Position numbers and translations under genes: made by a program. A stretch of DNA of 61,923 bases, counting the filler, from Sphacelaria rigidula (Eukaryota): the NCBI GenBank assembly GCA_964200075.2. It is 9 parts of 9 records of this genome, joined end to end, with 100 filler letters (N's around TTAATTAATTAA, not from the genome) between each part and the next. Parts side by side here need not be neighbours in the genome. Positions count along the whole stretch, not along the records: positions 6,893 to 13,684 come from CAXNAA020018058.1; positions 13,785 to 20,576 come from CAXNAA020018059.1; positions 20,677 to 27,468 come from CAXNAA020018060.1; 6 more parts are not named here. The stretch is one strand, 5' to 3'. How positions within the stretch are numbered: position 1 is the stretch's first letter; every line of letters starts with the position of its first letter. Positions 11,973 through 25,721 of this stretch are shown piece by piece. Below the pieces are notes generated by a model. The model was not told the origin of the DNA, did not search any database, and was given only the letters and a program-made list of their open reading frames with translations.

Positions 11973-13324
11973 GTTCGCCTCCCGACCAGGCAGCGACTGC
12001 TCGTACGTTCATCACATTCATCACATTCATCCGTGCACACGCGGGAAGTTCGTTTTCCCACTATTTCTTCAAAATACATTCGACGACTGAAAAGGGTTGT
12101 GTATAGAGGGAACAGTGCGAGGCCCTTGTACTGATTCGCTGATTCACCGAAAAACACGGGTCCAATGAAAACAGTACGCGCTGCTTGCCACCGAATTGGG
12201 CAATTGTGAGTACAAATACAACATCAGCAACAATCAGACCATCGAACAGACGATTCTTGGTCGCATGGAGGTTCCGTGGCTTCAAATCAGAGTACAGTGA
12301 ATCGTTGCCTCGTTGCCAACACTTATTGCTCGCAGTAGTTTGTACATGAGCCGCACTCCTTTCCCACGATTTTTTTCCTTAACGATTGGGTATGAGTACA
12401 AGTATGGTTTTTGCGCAAGACCTTTTACACCCTAGTCATGTGGTCGAGGCCGGCCAAACCCATTTTTCTTTTTTTTTCTTCTTTCTTCTTTTCTTCATCT
12501 ACTCTCGACTGTTCTACCTTTTCTGTTTTTTCTCCAATCTTCTCCAGCGAGTGTTTCAGTTTTGATGCTTCTCGCGTACATTTATCATGTGACTACAGCT
12601 CGATCCCTGGGGACGGTCGGTTCACATTAGTCAAGGGGCGACAATCAACCAACCGATTAATCCATGAATGAATCAATTAATCAATTGAAGGGGCGCTTCC
12701 GTATAATATTTTGGTACTGGCGCAAAATAAATAAAAGCAACGACAGATAAATCTCGGTTTTTCGAAACAAACTCGCCCGTCGAAGATATCATGGGCCACC
12801 TACCTAAAACAACTAATCGAAGAGTATTTTCAGACCCCTTATCGAAGAACACAAAATACGTGATCGCGGGGTCTGAGAAGCCAGAGTTCTACCTTCGCGC
12901 TACTTGGCGTGCTCGACGTGAAGCGCTGTAGGAAGCAAACATGGAAAAGGGGAGCCAAATGAACTAGGTCATCATCCGGATCAGTACACAAATTAGAAGT
13001 CATTTCTAGGAAGCTCATCAACTACCCCACGTGTGGACAAAAACGACCTCACGTGGATACACACGCCCGTCGCAGAGACTGTACATGTCGTTCGTGGCCA
13101 CACGGGGATTTTTTTCAGCTTGCTCTATTCCCTCTCTCCCCTTTTTCTTCAGGTTCCCTCTTCTTTAGCAGAGTTTCCTTGAGCGAGTCTTCACCGTTTG
13201 ATTATCAATGAGGTACTGCGTATGAGCCAGTCAGTTCCACCATGTGTGCGCAACAACCAATCAAATCCATCAAAGCGATCGTAACAACCAATCGGACCGA
13301 CCATTCCACTCCATCCGTCCATCA

Positions 13325-13470
13325 ATGTGTGTGTGTGTTGTTGTCTCGTCCATTCTGGACGCCGGTCTACCTTTCGCTATATGTGGGCGCATCAGCCGGA
13401 GTCACACAGGACGGACGTCAACGCAGAACTTTTCTTCGTTTTTATTTTGTTTTTTAGTACTCCACCTTCC
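13325..13470 (+). repeat. Interspersed repeat, (TG)n-headed in two copies; other copies at ~33630-33790 and ~36540-36660
   Basis: Shared core: ttctggacgcc..tctacctttcg..at.tgtgggcgcatcagccgg.gtcacacagga.gga.g.tcaac. Confidence 0.8.
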
Positions 13471-14172
13471 TTTTGCGGTGCATAGGGGAGTGAAATGAAA
13501 TAAAACATCTACAGACTCACAAACACACAGACACACACTCGCTAGATAGAACCTCGACGAGAAGGGTCGAAATAAGTGCGCGAGGGCGGGCGGGGGGGGG
13601 GGGCGGCCTCCTTTGTTGCTTGCCTTAGTCGTTTGACCATTGACCCCCCACCCCTTTCGAGACGGAGCGGGGGGGGGGGGGGGGNNNNNNNNNNNNNNNN
13701 NNNNNNNNNNNNNNNNNNNNNNNNNNNNTTAATTAATTAANNNNNNNNNNNNNNNNNNNNNNNNNNNNNNNNNNNNNNNNNNNNAGATAACAAAGCAACT
13801 CATTGTTGGCTGTCATCCGAATGCAAGATAATCAGTAGGCTTCGGGCCGAGCAACCTTAGCAGGATGCAGCTTACCCTTTATGCAACACACCACGGCGCT
13901 TCGCGCTTGGTAGTTTGAGTGCGAGCCTGGTCCGGCGAAAACCCGGCGTGCTCCGTGCCGGCTTTGTAGAGATGCGAGGTCAATGGTCTGATGACTATGG
14001 CATGCATGATCATGAGTACACCTCCCAGGGATCCAGCCGTGGTCACATTCGTGTGCAGCAAAAAATAAAAATAAAAAGTGTTCTAGTAAAAACGACATGA
14101 TGGCGTTCTCGAACACTTTCACCACGTACGTACTGCTGGGTTTGTCATGTCTACGTTTGTGCACACTTCGAA

Positions 14173-14425
14173 CAGCTCATGAGCTACCTGAAACCACTAA
14201 TTGAAAAGGAATTTCAGATATATTGTCCAAGAACACAAGATACGTGACCGCGGGTCCGAGAAGCAAAAGCGCTATGTTTGCGCTACTCCGTGCGATCGAA
14301 GTCCAGCGCTGCAGGGAGCAAATCAATATGGAAAAAAGGGGCCAAATGAGCTAGTAATATTATAATTCACGATCCGGATCAGTACAGTAATAACAAGTAA
14401 TCCTCAGATAGCTCATGAGCTGTCC
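14173..14425. mobile_element. MITE family M1, uninterrupted copy
   Basis: TIR acagctcatgagctacctga / tcagatagctcatgagctgt. Related copies lie at 1975-2630, ~12785-13030 and 60462-60948. Confidence 0.8.
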
Positions 14426-14924
14426 GACATATGCATATATATATAAAACATTTTATTTTTTGCCATGTTGGTCATTTCTACATGTGTGGAGAATACCTTT
14501 CTTCTTCTCCTTTTTTTAAAATACTTTTCACCATTATAAACCTCCGTGCGGGGGCACGATCCCGCCCAAGTAGTGTCATAAGGATCACATCACCGCTCCC
14601 TTTGCACCAACCCTAACTCTAACCCTAACCCCAAACCTGTCTGCGAGTAGAACCCACGAAATCCCCCCAGAAAATTTGGGGCAAGAGCGAACACACACCC
14701 TACCAGAGTTTGTGGACGACAAAACATTTTGTTTGCGGTGGCATCAACGATAGAACCATCCGTCACGGGAGATCACAAAAGGTCGCGCGGGTTCGAAACT
14801 GGCCTCGGGTCACCGCAAAACCAGAGGGTTCGAATAATGGTCCAAACGCGTTCGTGACGGTGGTGCTCCGAAGTAAAGCAAAGCGTGGCGGGTTTTTTTT
14901 CTAACATGCCAGTTGCAGGCGCAC

Positions 14925-17900
14925 CTGCATGGGCACGAGAAAGGCCAGAGCGACGAAGCCGGCCAGAAACGACACCCCCACAGCGGAGATACCGAAGTAC
15001 AGGATGACCAGGGTTTCCAAAGGCGCCAGCCAAAGGTAGTTGAAGAAGGTTCCGGATAATTGAAACCGCTCCACGTCTGTCGTCGCGAGGTTCACCAAAT
15101 GTCCCGCTGTCACCTGATGTTTCATGTTTTCGTGCGGATTTTCCCACATGCATAACGTACAGGGGTAGTATTGAAGTAAATCGCAGCCCACAAATACCGA
15201 AAAACGCCTCACAATAGTGTATAGTACCTCACAGTAATGGATAGTTAGCCGCACAATCGCGGCCATCTTTTTCATTTGCATGGCTCAGTCCTGAGTCACG
15301 GTCTTTTCTACTCGATACGGCGTCAGGCACGCCACACGACACAACACGTGTTTCAGTTTGAAAATGAACCGGCTTTCACCACACCAGCAAAACTCAGTAG
15401 TATCCACCACTTGATCGATTGGAAATTTCCCGGAATGTTATTCGGATCTTCAGTGGGGCTGACAGCCTCACGTGCTGCGAGCGCGCATAGAACGCGTTTC
15501 CGTCAAAATCGGCGCCTACGGCGGTCGATTCAAAGCCTGCCCCCGCAACACTTTGCCAACGGCACACTTTGTACCTCCCTCGCCCGAGGGCTTCTCGGCA
15601 TGCCTTGCGTTGGGGTGAGGGTTAGGATTTGCGTTAGTTCAAACAATGTATATTTCCGAGAGATTCCTTTGAAGAGTCAGCCGACCACGTGATCGAACAC
15701 ACCTCACCAAACTTGCCGTTTTGCCACTACCCCGCAAGTCGAATGTCCAACTTCGCGAAGGACGACGTGAAACCTGAATGTCCGTCCACTACAGTAGAAA
15801 ACAAGACGGTCCCCTACAGCAGCATTAAGACGGGCACGGTCCAAGTCATGCTCGGAGACTCTGCTGGCTCCTCGACTGGTACGGTCGGTACGTCATTGGG
15901 GAGAGAGTTTGTTCTATCACCCGCGCGCGCGTACGTGCGTGTGCACGTGTGTGTCGAGCGGGAAGTCGGTAGGATGCGGATCATGACAAAGTAGCACGAA
16001 GGAACCAAAAAACAAATCGTCACCCCGTGCCGCCGCTTTGCAAACAGTACGAGAAAAAAAGGCTGAATGGCAAAAAACAAGAAATCGGTCATGTCCCGTT
16101 AAGTAAGAACCGTTTCATATCAGAAAATTGCAATATCAATAACAAAAACAACAACAACAACAACAACAAGGCTAGACACAAAAGTGAACTCTAACGTCAT
16201 ACATTTGTCGATCGTTTGGAAGATACCTGTCCGAGCGAGCTGAGCCGGAGCCGGAGTATCTTATCGTAGATGACCGTTGTCGTGGCTATTCGGAGCTCCA
16301 AACCAAGAAGCCAAGCTTGGAAGAAGTACGTGTGGTGGCAGAAACTGCTCGGGACGCAACAGCACACGATTGGTCAACTTTGGGTCGGTGACGGCTCGAC
16401 CTCCCACGGTGGACCGAACGTGTGTATCACGGTGTCGGGGGTTGCGCTGTCAAACAGATCGGTGAAATGTTCGGATCGACTTCTACTTGCTTACAATCGC
16501 CACAATCGTTGCCGGTTCCGACTCAGTGTCTTGTCGTACTGTAATGCGTGAGAGGACCGCCTCCTTAGAGGACCGCATCGGAATTTCAACATCCCTATGG
16601 TTGGGGGTTTTAGTGTTGGGGGATAGGGTCAAGGGCGCGGTCCCTGCAGGGACTGGCCCGATTGGTTTTGAAAAACGTCGATCCTGAGGTGTTTCGAACT
16701 ACGATGCGATTCCCTAAGCACGCGATCCTCTCATCACGCATCACAGTACAGTAAGTAGAGACCAATATCGACGTGGGTTCACAAAATATAAGACTAGTTC
16801 TCTAGGTCGTTCAGATGTAGTCCTACATCGACACAAATCGGAACAACTATTTTGCCCCCCGTGTTCGTCGTAGCATTGAATCCCTCTGACCGCGAATCGC
16901 CCCATTCGAGTCCACTCCGCTATGCCAATCCACCACTTTGTGTTCCAAGTCTTTCATGGACGTGTCACAAGGCTCAGAGGCCGTACTGGATTTTCGCTAC
17001 ACAAGTTCCCCTGTGCAGACCGCACCCGCAGGGGCCGTTGTACGGAATCTTTGCTGCCATTCATGAAATATGCACACTTGCTAGGTGCCGTGCAAGATCC
17101 GTTGTCTGCCCGGCTGCAAAGTGAGCAGGGACCATGCGTCCCGTGGCCGGTGAAATTGGTTGCAAGTCACTCTATCAGTGAGGCTAATGCTTCGATTCTC
17201 AGTTCCGCAACTTCGGAAAAAAACGTAGAACGCTTCCCCGCGGCGGGGAGGGGAGATAATGAGCTGATGGGAGTGCTGCAATAATCACTGCGTGACAGTG
17301 CAAGGCAGGCACAGGGGGGCCAGACCTCTAGTCTGAGGAACCCCGGTGCTGTCGGCTGCGAGACAAGCGGAACGGAAACAACAAACACACAGACTGCTGT
17401 TCGCGTGCATCCTGAATCGTAACGTAACAGGGAAAACGGTATACTTCCTCTGTTCCATTAGTCTGGGCACTTAGAGTTGTACGAGCCCTTGACGGTGTGA
17501 TACTTAATTTTCGATCTTTCGTTGCATTCGTCGGCGTTTTTTTTAGCTAATACCAACATTTTTTCTACAACGTGGGTGCTTGACCCATACAGCCGCGCCG
17601 CCGAAAAAAAGTAGGACGGTCCAAAAACGGTCATTTTTCGCTCCTTTTCCCAGGAAAGCATGAGAGACCTGGGAACACGAAAAATCGCGAAAAATGGGCC
17701 AGAAAATGTGAAAATCGCGAAACCGCCATTGATTTTGGACATGTCCGCGATGTTAACCTACGCATGCCCCATCCAACATTTTGTTAGCATGTAAATGCTG
17801 ATGCTCGACGTGAAAACGTCCAAAATCGGTCAATGATGAGGTATGATAAGTGGATCAAAACGGGCCAAAATGGGTATATTTGGACACTATTTCAGTGTAG

Positions 17901-18723
17901 ATAACTAACTATTTTTCTTTTTCTTTCATGCATCAGCTTCGTGGGCAATTTATCTTTTTAACGAACCCAACTATAGGATGATCGTCAACGTTTGAACACC
18001 CAAACGATCAAATGCCCATAAGGTCCCAGACTTATGGGAAGGAGCAAGTAGACCCCAACGGCCAGTCAATTCGGCGATACGCGACAGCGCGGTGAACGCA
18101 GCAGGTACCGCAGCTCCTTCCCCCCAACGGTCAAAGAGAGCGACTCTGTCTCCGAAACATAGAGTGCATGCATTGACGTACAATAGCGTCAAGCCACTCT
18201 TGTCAATCCACGGTACCTGTAAAACAAGACCCCTAAGCACGACACAGAGAGCATCCACGGTACCTGAAAACAAGACCCCTGAGCACGACACAGAGAGCAC
18301 CCACGGTACCTGAAAACAAGACCCCCGAGCACGACACAGAGAGCGTAAAGCCATCCCTCCCAGTTCTCGGCATCCTCGTTCTCGAAGTACCCGACCAGCC
18401 ACCCCAGAGAAATCGCCTGGTCGGTACATTGGTTGTACACCATTAAAAACAAAACAAAAACGCAACGAAATGCGAGATAGGAAACAGACCGGAAGGCGTG
18501 TACGTGAGCGGAGATAGAGAATAAAGCGTTGTTTGGTTTCGCAATTCGAAGGGTTTTCCCCTCTGTCTGCACGCCTGTCTTACGTGTCCTGAGTGTCAGG
18601 TGTTAAGCAAGTCAGCCAGTCGCTCCCACCCTATCATTCATGTAGCTGTCTGGGTTTCGGTGCGCCTGGGTGTAAGTTTGTGTGTGTGCTTGTCTCTAGC
18701 TTTTTACCGCCCCAGTGACTTGA

Positions 18724-18765
<42 letters not shown>

Positions 18766-19671
18766 ACTACTGCTACTCCTACTACTACTACTGCTGCGGC
18801 TGCTGCTGCTACTACTAGTGCTGCTGCTACTGCTACTACTACTGTGGAGCACAACGGGAAACATCCAAACCGGCCAAACCCTCTTGGCAAGAAAACAGCC
18901 TGGGATATATAAACCAAAGAAGGAATGCGAGCGGCGATGGGCCAGGACAGGTAAGAAGCAGCCGACGATCGTGACTGTCACGGGATTCTCCCCAGCATTT
19001 TTCGCACTTCAGAACACAATAAAGAAAAAAGATGCGGATCTATGAACGGCCTGCGCGGGCTAAAGACACACACACCGTACAATCAGACCTGACCAAAACC
19101 TCACCAGGAGGAGGGACAAAAAACAGTACAGGAATCTGTGTGCACGCTTCCCACCCACTCTCCGACAACCATCTGATAGTACGAGGAGCCAGTATGGCTC
19201 TCCCTCAAGAACCTAATGGTTGTTGAGATGCCGCACGGACTATCTTTTGAAACGAACTATTCACGAATTCCCAACGTGAGGAGACTCTTCGTATTGGCCC
19301 GCCTGGCCGACGACAAAAAAAGCCTCCAGTCGCCGCTGAAACACCCTCCTGCTGCTCCCAACGAATTTTTTGCGGACAGGTCAAGGCGGCATAGTAGAAG
19401 TCGAGAAAAAGCCAACAGCCCCACAAACCTCTTGGTGGTTTGGAGCTCCGGTTTCCGAAACGGGTACCATAGTCATGCTCCACTTTTACGCACCTGGAAT
19501 ATGTGCGCCGCGCTGACTAGAACGAGGAGAAAAGCCGTCCGAATCACGTTTCCTTTGAAGGCCGCGGTCAGGGCGCGTAGCAAGATGAGGCCTCGTCGCC
19601 TCCCCTTCATCCCTTCCCCCGCAATGCCACCACCTTCCTCGGCGTTTCCGTCTCTCATTTTCGCCCTCTCC
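14925..19671 (-). CDS. ABCC/MRP-type ABC transporter, internal exons of transmembrane domain 1 (partial gene)
   Basis: Phase-compatible GT-AG exons 19671-19494, 18416-18310, 16344-16227 and 15113-14925. They translate to ...AISLGWLVGYF...EGWLYALCVVL...HHTYFFQAWLLGLELRIATTTVIYDKILRL...TAGHLVNLATTDVERF...YLWLAPLE...VPMQ, which matches ABCC TMD1 motifs. Confidence 0.88.
16539..16746. mobile_element. Tc1/mariner (Stowaway)-like MITE in an ABCC intron
   Basis: ~40-bp imperfect TIR ctgtaatgcgtgagaggaccgc / gcgatcctctcatcacgcatcacag flanked by TA on both sides. Related ends lie at 40100-40174 and 40455-40602. Confidence 0.75.
18208..18345. repeat. Three tandem 46-47 bp units overlapping an ABCC exon end and splice donor
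   Basis: Units start at 18208, 18255 and 18301 (ccacggtacctg(t)aaaacaagacccc..agcacgacacagagagc). Confidence 0.95.
18725..18844. repeat. Compound (CTA)n/(CTG)n microsatellite (intronic)
   Basis: Direct observation. Confidence 0.95.
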
Positions 19672-21973
19672 CTATCGAACAAAAAACGGATGGCTTTACT
19701 GGCACTTCGGGCTCGTTTGTCAAGATGTCAACAGAGGGGCGACATTGACTTTTGTTAGTGCACCTGACGTTTTAATTCAGGCGCTGCCCGAGTGGTATTG
19801 ATTGATGCTATTTCACGCGACTTTCTGCGCAGGAAATGAAGATCAACCGAGAGCGTGTTTGACAGGTATTTCCTTCATATGGGTATTTTCAACAATCGTA
19901 CTGTCGGACCATATTCTACTTGGCGTTGCACGTCGAGTTGGAAAGCTGGGTGCCACCCCCTGATGTCCGAATGGCCACCTGCGGCACCGGATCTTCTGAG
20001 GTTAGTCATATGTATTGCCCATCTTCTTTATTATTTATCCATGTTTTGCTTGTATCGCGTTTTGTGAGTTTTAATCTAGGTCTATCTTGTTTTTTTTTCG
20101 TTTTTTACTAGCCTGTGATCACGGAAGGCGTCCGCATCAGATGCCCAGTACGAATGTACCGCGCAGATATCGGAACGGTTTCTCCATTTGGAGACAACAA
20201 CAGCAACAACTCCGAGTACCCAAACATACTCGGGTAGACTATTGACATCCTACTCAACAATACCCAGATATTATTAGAGAGTTTAAAAAATACGTTTTTT
20301 TTTCGTCATTTCAGAGTGCAAATGTCTCAGGATCAGAGTGGATGATAAAAAAAAAGCACCTCCTCGAAGAAAAATGGAGGGGATACCACATTTTACGGAG
20401 GGGGGAATAATTATTCGTTACACGGTTAGGACCAATCATCACGGCTCTAAGAATCACCGAATCCACGATTTCTTCGGCCTGATTGCCCAAAAGGGAGGAA
20501 AAAAGTTGACCGGTGGTCCAAGGGGTATCCACGCAACTTTTGCGCCATTCCACGTGTCTGGGCTGCGTGTACCTGGNNNNNNNNNNNNNNNNNNNNNNNN
20601 NNNNNNNNNNNNNNNNNNNNTTAATTAATTAANNNNNNNNNNNNNNNNNNNNNNNNNNNNNNNNNNNNNNNNNNNNGTGTTTCCTGTCACAGAAATCTAA
20701 TACCGAATCTGGAATAGCCTGAGACAACAACCAATTTGAAAATTGGAAAGGCCAATGAGACATTTGATACATCATCAGCAGGGCTCACGACATCGTGGTT
20801 TTCGGAAGCCTTGGAGCCTCACGTACAGAGAAAAGACAATTTCAACAGCAAGTAATCGATACGATGCATATTCGCGATGTTGCTTCACTGACTTGGGAAG
20901 TATTAGAGGCCTCTCTATGATTTATCCATGATCCTTGAAGGGGTCAGCTGTCGGGTCGGCAATATTTTCACTCAAACAATGAACGTCAGACCCGTGCGGA
21001 TGACTCACCCTGGCGGTCGAAGAGTTTATAAGCGCCCGCAGATACACCCCTGAACCCGACCGTTCGCCCTTTCTTCCAGTAAAAATAATGTTGATTCAAG
21101 AAATAGACACACCTCGGCGGACTGTGGGCACCGGATCTCTTTTCGGATCAAAACCGCCGGCTTGCCTTCAACGCCGGTGGCCCCGACGCTATAGCTAAAC
21201 TGCTCATGTCTGTTTGCGAGTACCACCACACCAACGTACATATACAATACAGTGTATTCCGTGGTTCCCATGCCCTTACCCACGTAGTTTGGTCAAAGCA
21301 TTTATTTATCGCATATTTGGCACGAAAGTGTAGGTGATATTGAAATTCCAACAGACGTAGGTCTCGTGAGGCTTCCACCACCCAGCCACCCAGCTCCTAC
21401 AAATATTTACAACGTGCATCAGTCAATCATTGTCGAGATACGATGACATCCAGCGCCGCCCAACCGATCAGGACGCCGTTTCGCGTCATCAAGACGTACA
21501 GCCTATGCTCGAATGAAGACGACGTTGTCACGTAGTCCCAACGTGAGACCTGTGCCGGGGTTACACATCAAACAAATATACCGACAGCGGAACTCAATGG
21601 AGATCGGCAGAGAGCGAAGGTTGCAAACGCCACAACCTGAAAAATTTTACACTCGGTACGGTAAATGACATACTTAAATCTCACTACTGGGTGGTACATA
21701 TGCTCTGAGAACGTGCTTACCGCCGCAAAAATTCCGAATATATATGTTGTACTGGCCAGACCTCTGTTTTACCTCCAGATGACTAGCGTGCTTAGTCTAG
21801 CAAATCACGCGTCAACCTCAGCGGACGGAGCTACTGACAGCGTGTGCGCCTTCAAACACTTGAGCATTCCCGGTTGATACAGGATACTACAGATCCATCT
21901 GTCCAAGGAGCTGAGCATCCTAGTACATGTGGCGCCAGCATGCACGTGGTGATCTACATGTGCATGAGACGTT

Positions 21974-24695
21974 CTAAAGTACTGAAGGTGGCGGAAGTCC
22001 AAGTCGGACCCTTGCGAGGCGCAAACTCTCGCGTGCATTTCCCGAGACAACTCGATCGGGCGGCAGAGTTCCATCCAACACGCCAACAACGGCATCACAA
22101 ACTTCTCCAAGCACGCGCTCTCCTGCTTCTTCTGTAGATCCCCCAACGTGCGGTGTACAAATCACGTTCGGCAGCCTGTAACAGAAGCGGACGAGCGACG
22201 CACAACAATGAAGACGGAATCCGAAGGCATTAATTCATAGCGCCCACCGTGAACAACAATTGCGCACTTTCGAGCAGAAGGGACACCTGTACCGAGTGTA
22301 CGCTGTTCCCAAACATTCCATCCCATTTAATCAGCATACTGTGTCTAGCAAAGCACCAAACTCTGGGAGTCAAATGCCACCTGCTGAGACGAACCACGTG
22401 CTCCTCAAGCGGTGAGCTTTCCTTGCCAAAAACATCGAGGGCCGCCCCTCCTAATCGCTCCTCCTCCAAGGCCGCAAGCAGGGCTGTTCAAATCGGCAAG
22501 CATTCGGTGTTCTGACTACTGGAGTGTGGAGATTTAGGGAACACACGGCTGGCTTTCACGACGTTCGGCAGGGTTGGCTCGCTTCACCGCAAAACACGCC
22601 CACGAAGAGAAGCGTGACACACCATGATAGTGCCAACCAAGGCAATTGCGTGTCTGACAATACGTCTTGCCATGTGATTGCAGTGCCCATGGGGTAGAGA
22701 AAGCTCGGGACATGCAGAGTACTACATACTACAAGAGTAAATGCATCGTTTGTTGTGGTCATGCAGGTAAATCGTCGCACCGTGTTCATCCACCACTCCA
22801 CCCCTAGCAGCGTTGATTACCACAGCTGAAGACTTCATGATCGCTAGTTCATCTTCGCCAATTAACCCTTTCGTGTCCGGCGTCAACGGCACATGCACGC
22901 TGAGAAAGTCGCTTTGAGGAAGGAGCTCGTGCAGAGACAAGGGCGATGTTTGCACTCCAATCTTCTTCGCCACTGCAGCCCTTTCCTCATTTGCACCGGG
23001 ATGAGGTGATGTGCTGTGATTAGCGATGATAACCACCATGCCCAAAGCAATCGCCATTCTCGCGAGCTGAGATTCGTGGTGTACACAAAAGCATCAAGCA
23101 TAGGCGGTCGATCAGTTGAAGCAGGGAGCTACGGATGAAAAGACGGATTTCCTGGTTATTGCTGCTGTTATTTCCACATGTTAGTTCGATTTCTCGAACC
23201 TCTTGTCACAGATGTAGACTCGCCTTTCCTGTATCCTCGCGGCGATTCCCTACATGAGATAGAGCACGCATTGCTCCGAGACTCCGAAAACAAAAAACAC
23301 ATAATGAAATAATACGAGAGAGAGATGTCAAGAAAACAGAAGGGAAGAAACTCCCCTCAAGTTGGTCGAGATGTGGTAAAAACAAATACGTCGGATTTGC
23401 CAATATAGTAAACACACGTGAAGGAGGGTGTACTCATAATCTTGCATGCCATAGTCATACGACCATTGACCTCGCATCCCTACGAAGCCGGGACGGAGCA
23501 CAAAAGGGGGGGAACACACAAGGAACTGAGATGGATACCGAGGGGAGGTCGAACAATAAGCTCAGGTGACCACAGCTGTTGAAAAGACGGCAGACGCACT
23601 AGCGAGTGTACTATGAGACAGTCTACTCGTTACGCGTCGGTTGCCCTCGATAGGCACAGAGAGGACTCTAGCGGTAACACAGCAAATAATTCCTCAACAT
23701 GGCGCGCTTTGGTCCTAATAAATGCTGTCATTCTACCGTACCCTTGTGTGAGCATCACTGTAATGCACTACTCGATATCAAACAAAAAAAACGATCGTTC
23801 CAACCACTACGCAGCAACTGTGACCCCTCTTCAAATGCGGCCGAGTGCAATAATTCACACAACTGACACTAGGTTTGGCATTACACACACCTCTTGACCC
23901 ACAGAGCCGAATCCGATCACTCCCAGGGTTTTCCCGTATAGAGTGTGTCCGTTGAATCTGCTCTTCGCCCACTCGCCCCTCTGCATGCTAGCATGTGCTT
24001 CAGGTATACTGCGGGATATGCCCAGCATGAGCCCAAACACAAGCTCTGTCGAGAAAGGTTCGTACATGACACTGTTAGTCAGCACTGTGGAGAACTCCGG
24101 TGAGATGTCTCCCATCTATTGTAGCACTTCAAACAAGAATTGCATGGTTGGATCTATAGCCAACTCGATGTAGGATCTTAGCGGTAACGTGTGTAGCTAC
24201 TGCATGTCAACGAGGATCTGATGAACCACTGCAGTGAAAGCCACCGTTGATTACACTGTTAGTGCCACCACGTAGCATCGATACCAGAGGCAGGCCATGA
24301 GTAACACGCTCACAGCCTGTCTACGCGCGTTTGTGCCCTCACCGAAACATTTTCCCGGAGCAGCATTCCCATGGCCACGAACTGTCACGAATGATCACCA
24401 GCATACGCAAACTACTGCACACAAAAGTGCGAGGAACAAAACGTGTTGAGGTCATCTCACCTGCAACCGACCGCGCGTTTCCCGTGGGAGAATTCACGAC
24501 AGGGACACCGAGTTCAGCGGCTGCAACGAGGTCAATATTGTCCACGCCACTCCCTGCACGACCGACTGCCGCCAACCGTGGACTCGCGGCCAACATACTC
24601 CGGGTAACTTTGTTTGCTGATCGAACAATAACAGCATCGTAGGCTGGAAGCACGCGCTCCAGCTCGGCGTTGCTCACACCTCTCTCGGCTGTAAC
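21974..24695 (-). CDS. PHGDH: D-3-phosphoglycerate dehydrogenase-like (D-isomer-specific 2-hydroxyacid dehydrogenase); first exon unresolved
   Basis: Phase-compatible exons 24695-24461, 24045-23891, 23066-22781, 22483-22381 and 22175-21974. Motifs include VIVRSA, VGRAGSGVDNID, GNARSVAE, GKTLGVIGFGSVG, SVHVPLTPDTKGLI, INAARGGVVDE, GGAALDVF and TPHVGGSTEEA. Confidence 0.88.
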
Positions 24696-25721
24696 CTCCA
24701 GTGGGGAAAGAAGGAGTGTGTGGGGGTATCTGTTAGCTCCAACATCGTGAACAATTCAGCGTATACGTATACCGAAGACTGCTGCTTGATCAGCCGTCAG
24801 CGTTGTTGTTGACGTGCCGCGAGATCATGGCCACGACCAGAGCAACACGGAGGGCGGCGCGGATCAACACATCCTTGGCTCACTCGTTCTATGTTTCGCC
24901 TGTCTAAATTTCAATCGACTGCGGGGCAACGCGCGTTTGATTTGTGCCACGTGCGATGTAGTTATCGCCGTTGATGAGCTTCAAGTTTCGATTCCTCAAA
25001 GGAAAGCACGGACGACTCAAAGTCGTTTTTAACGGGACTGTTTTCTTTTTGACTTGTTCGACTTTTTCCGAAAAAAGATCCTCAACGATAATGTGACAGC
25101 AGATTTCTCAACCGGATGAAAGAACAAAGTTAAGACTGACCACATACTACTCGGAAAATATAGCGTTGGATTTTTCTTCAGCTTTTTTTGTTTTTGGTTT
25201 GAAAAGTCATGACTTTTCCGGGGGGATTTTTTTTTTTAAGATTCTCCTTAAAACGGCCCTCAGCAAATACTCACCATGTTCACCAGTGGAAATCAAGTGG
25301 CTGCTTATTCACCATACAGCATCTTATACACGGTAGGCACCGCTCGTGAACAGGCCAAGAACATAAACTCTAACTGCGTTGTGGCCACGCCTCTGCTATT
25401 AATAACTGCGAATCGAATTGTTGATTGTTCCACGCCAAATATTGGGCACATCATTCGCTCAACCCGAAATTCATACGAAGTCGCTACAAAATTGTACCAA
25501 ATCGCCAAATGATTGCATGCTTGAAAAAACAAGATTTTAGCTCGGATTTGCTAAGAGACTCCGCATCCCACGCCTAATCAACACACAGCTCTACTTTTTT
25601 TAAGTGGAGTACGCTTTCGGCTCGTCTACTTCTTTGTGCCAGTGAACCCTGTCGAGAGCCGCCGGATGCAGCAAGAGTAGGCAGACAGTCACGCCTCCGG
25701 CACATCAACTCTTTCCCAACA

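Noticed and set aside
18208-18345. CRISPR array (also considered for 52344-52440 and the family A/B clusters)
   Set aside because: The units are contiguous without unique spacers, there are no cas genes, and the context is eukaryotic.
3130-19671. ABCC TMD exons fused to the downstream low-complexity exons (truncated or chimeric transporter)
   Set aside because: Phases happen to fit, but the joins cross artificial spacers. The missing NBD is explained by the contig ending.
21009-21210. Two minus-strand exons (..RCPQSAE / GERSGSGVYLRALINSSTAR)
   Set aside because: One good donor, but a very short implied intron, a weak acceptor and no recognisable protein. Support is insufficient.
24696-25280. 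First exon of the PHGDH-like gene
   Set aside because: Candidates (ATG|gtgagt at 25277-25275 and frames in 24760-24900) do not yield a convincing N-terminal strand, so it is left unresolved.
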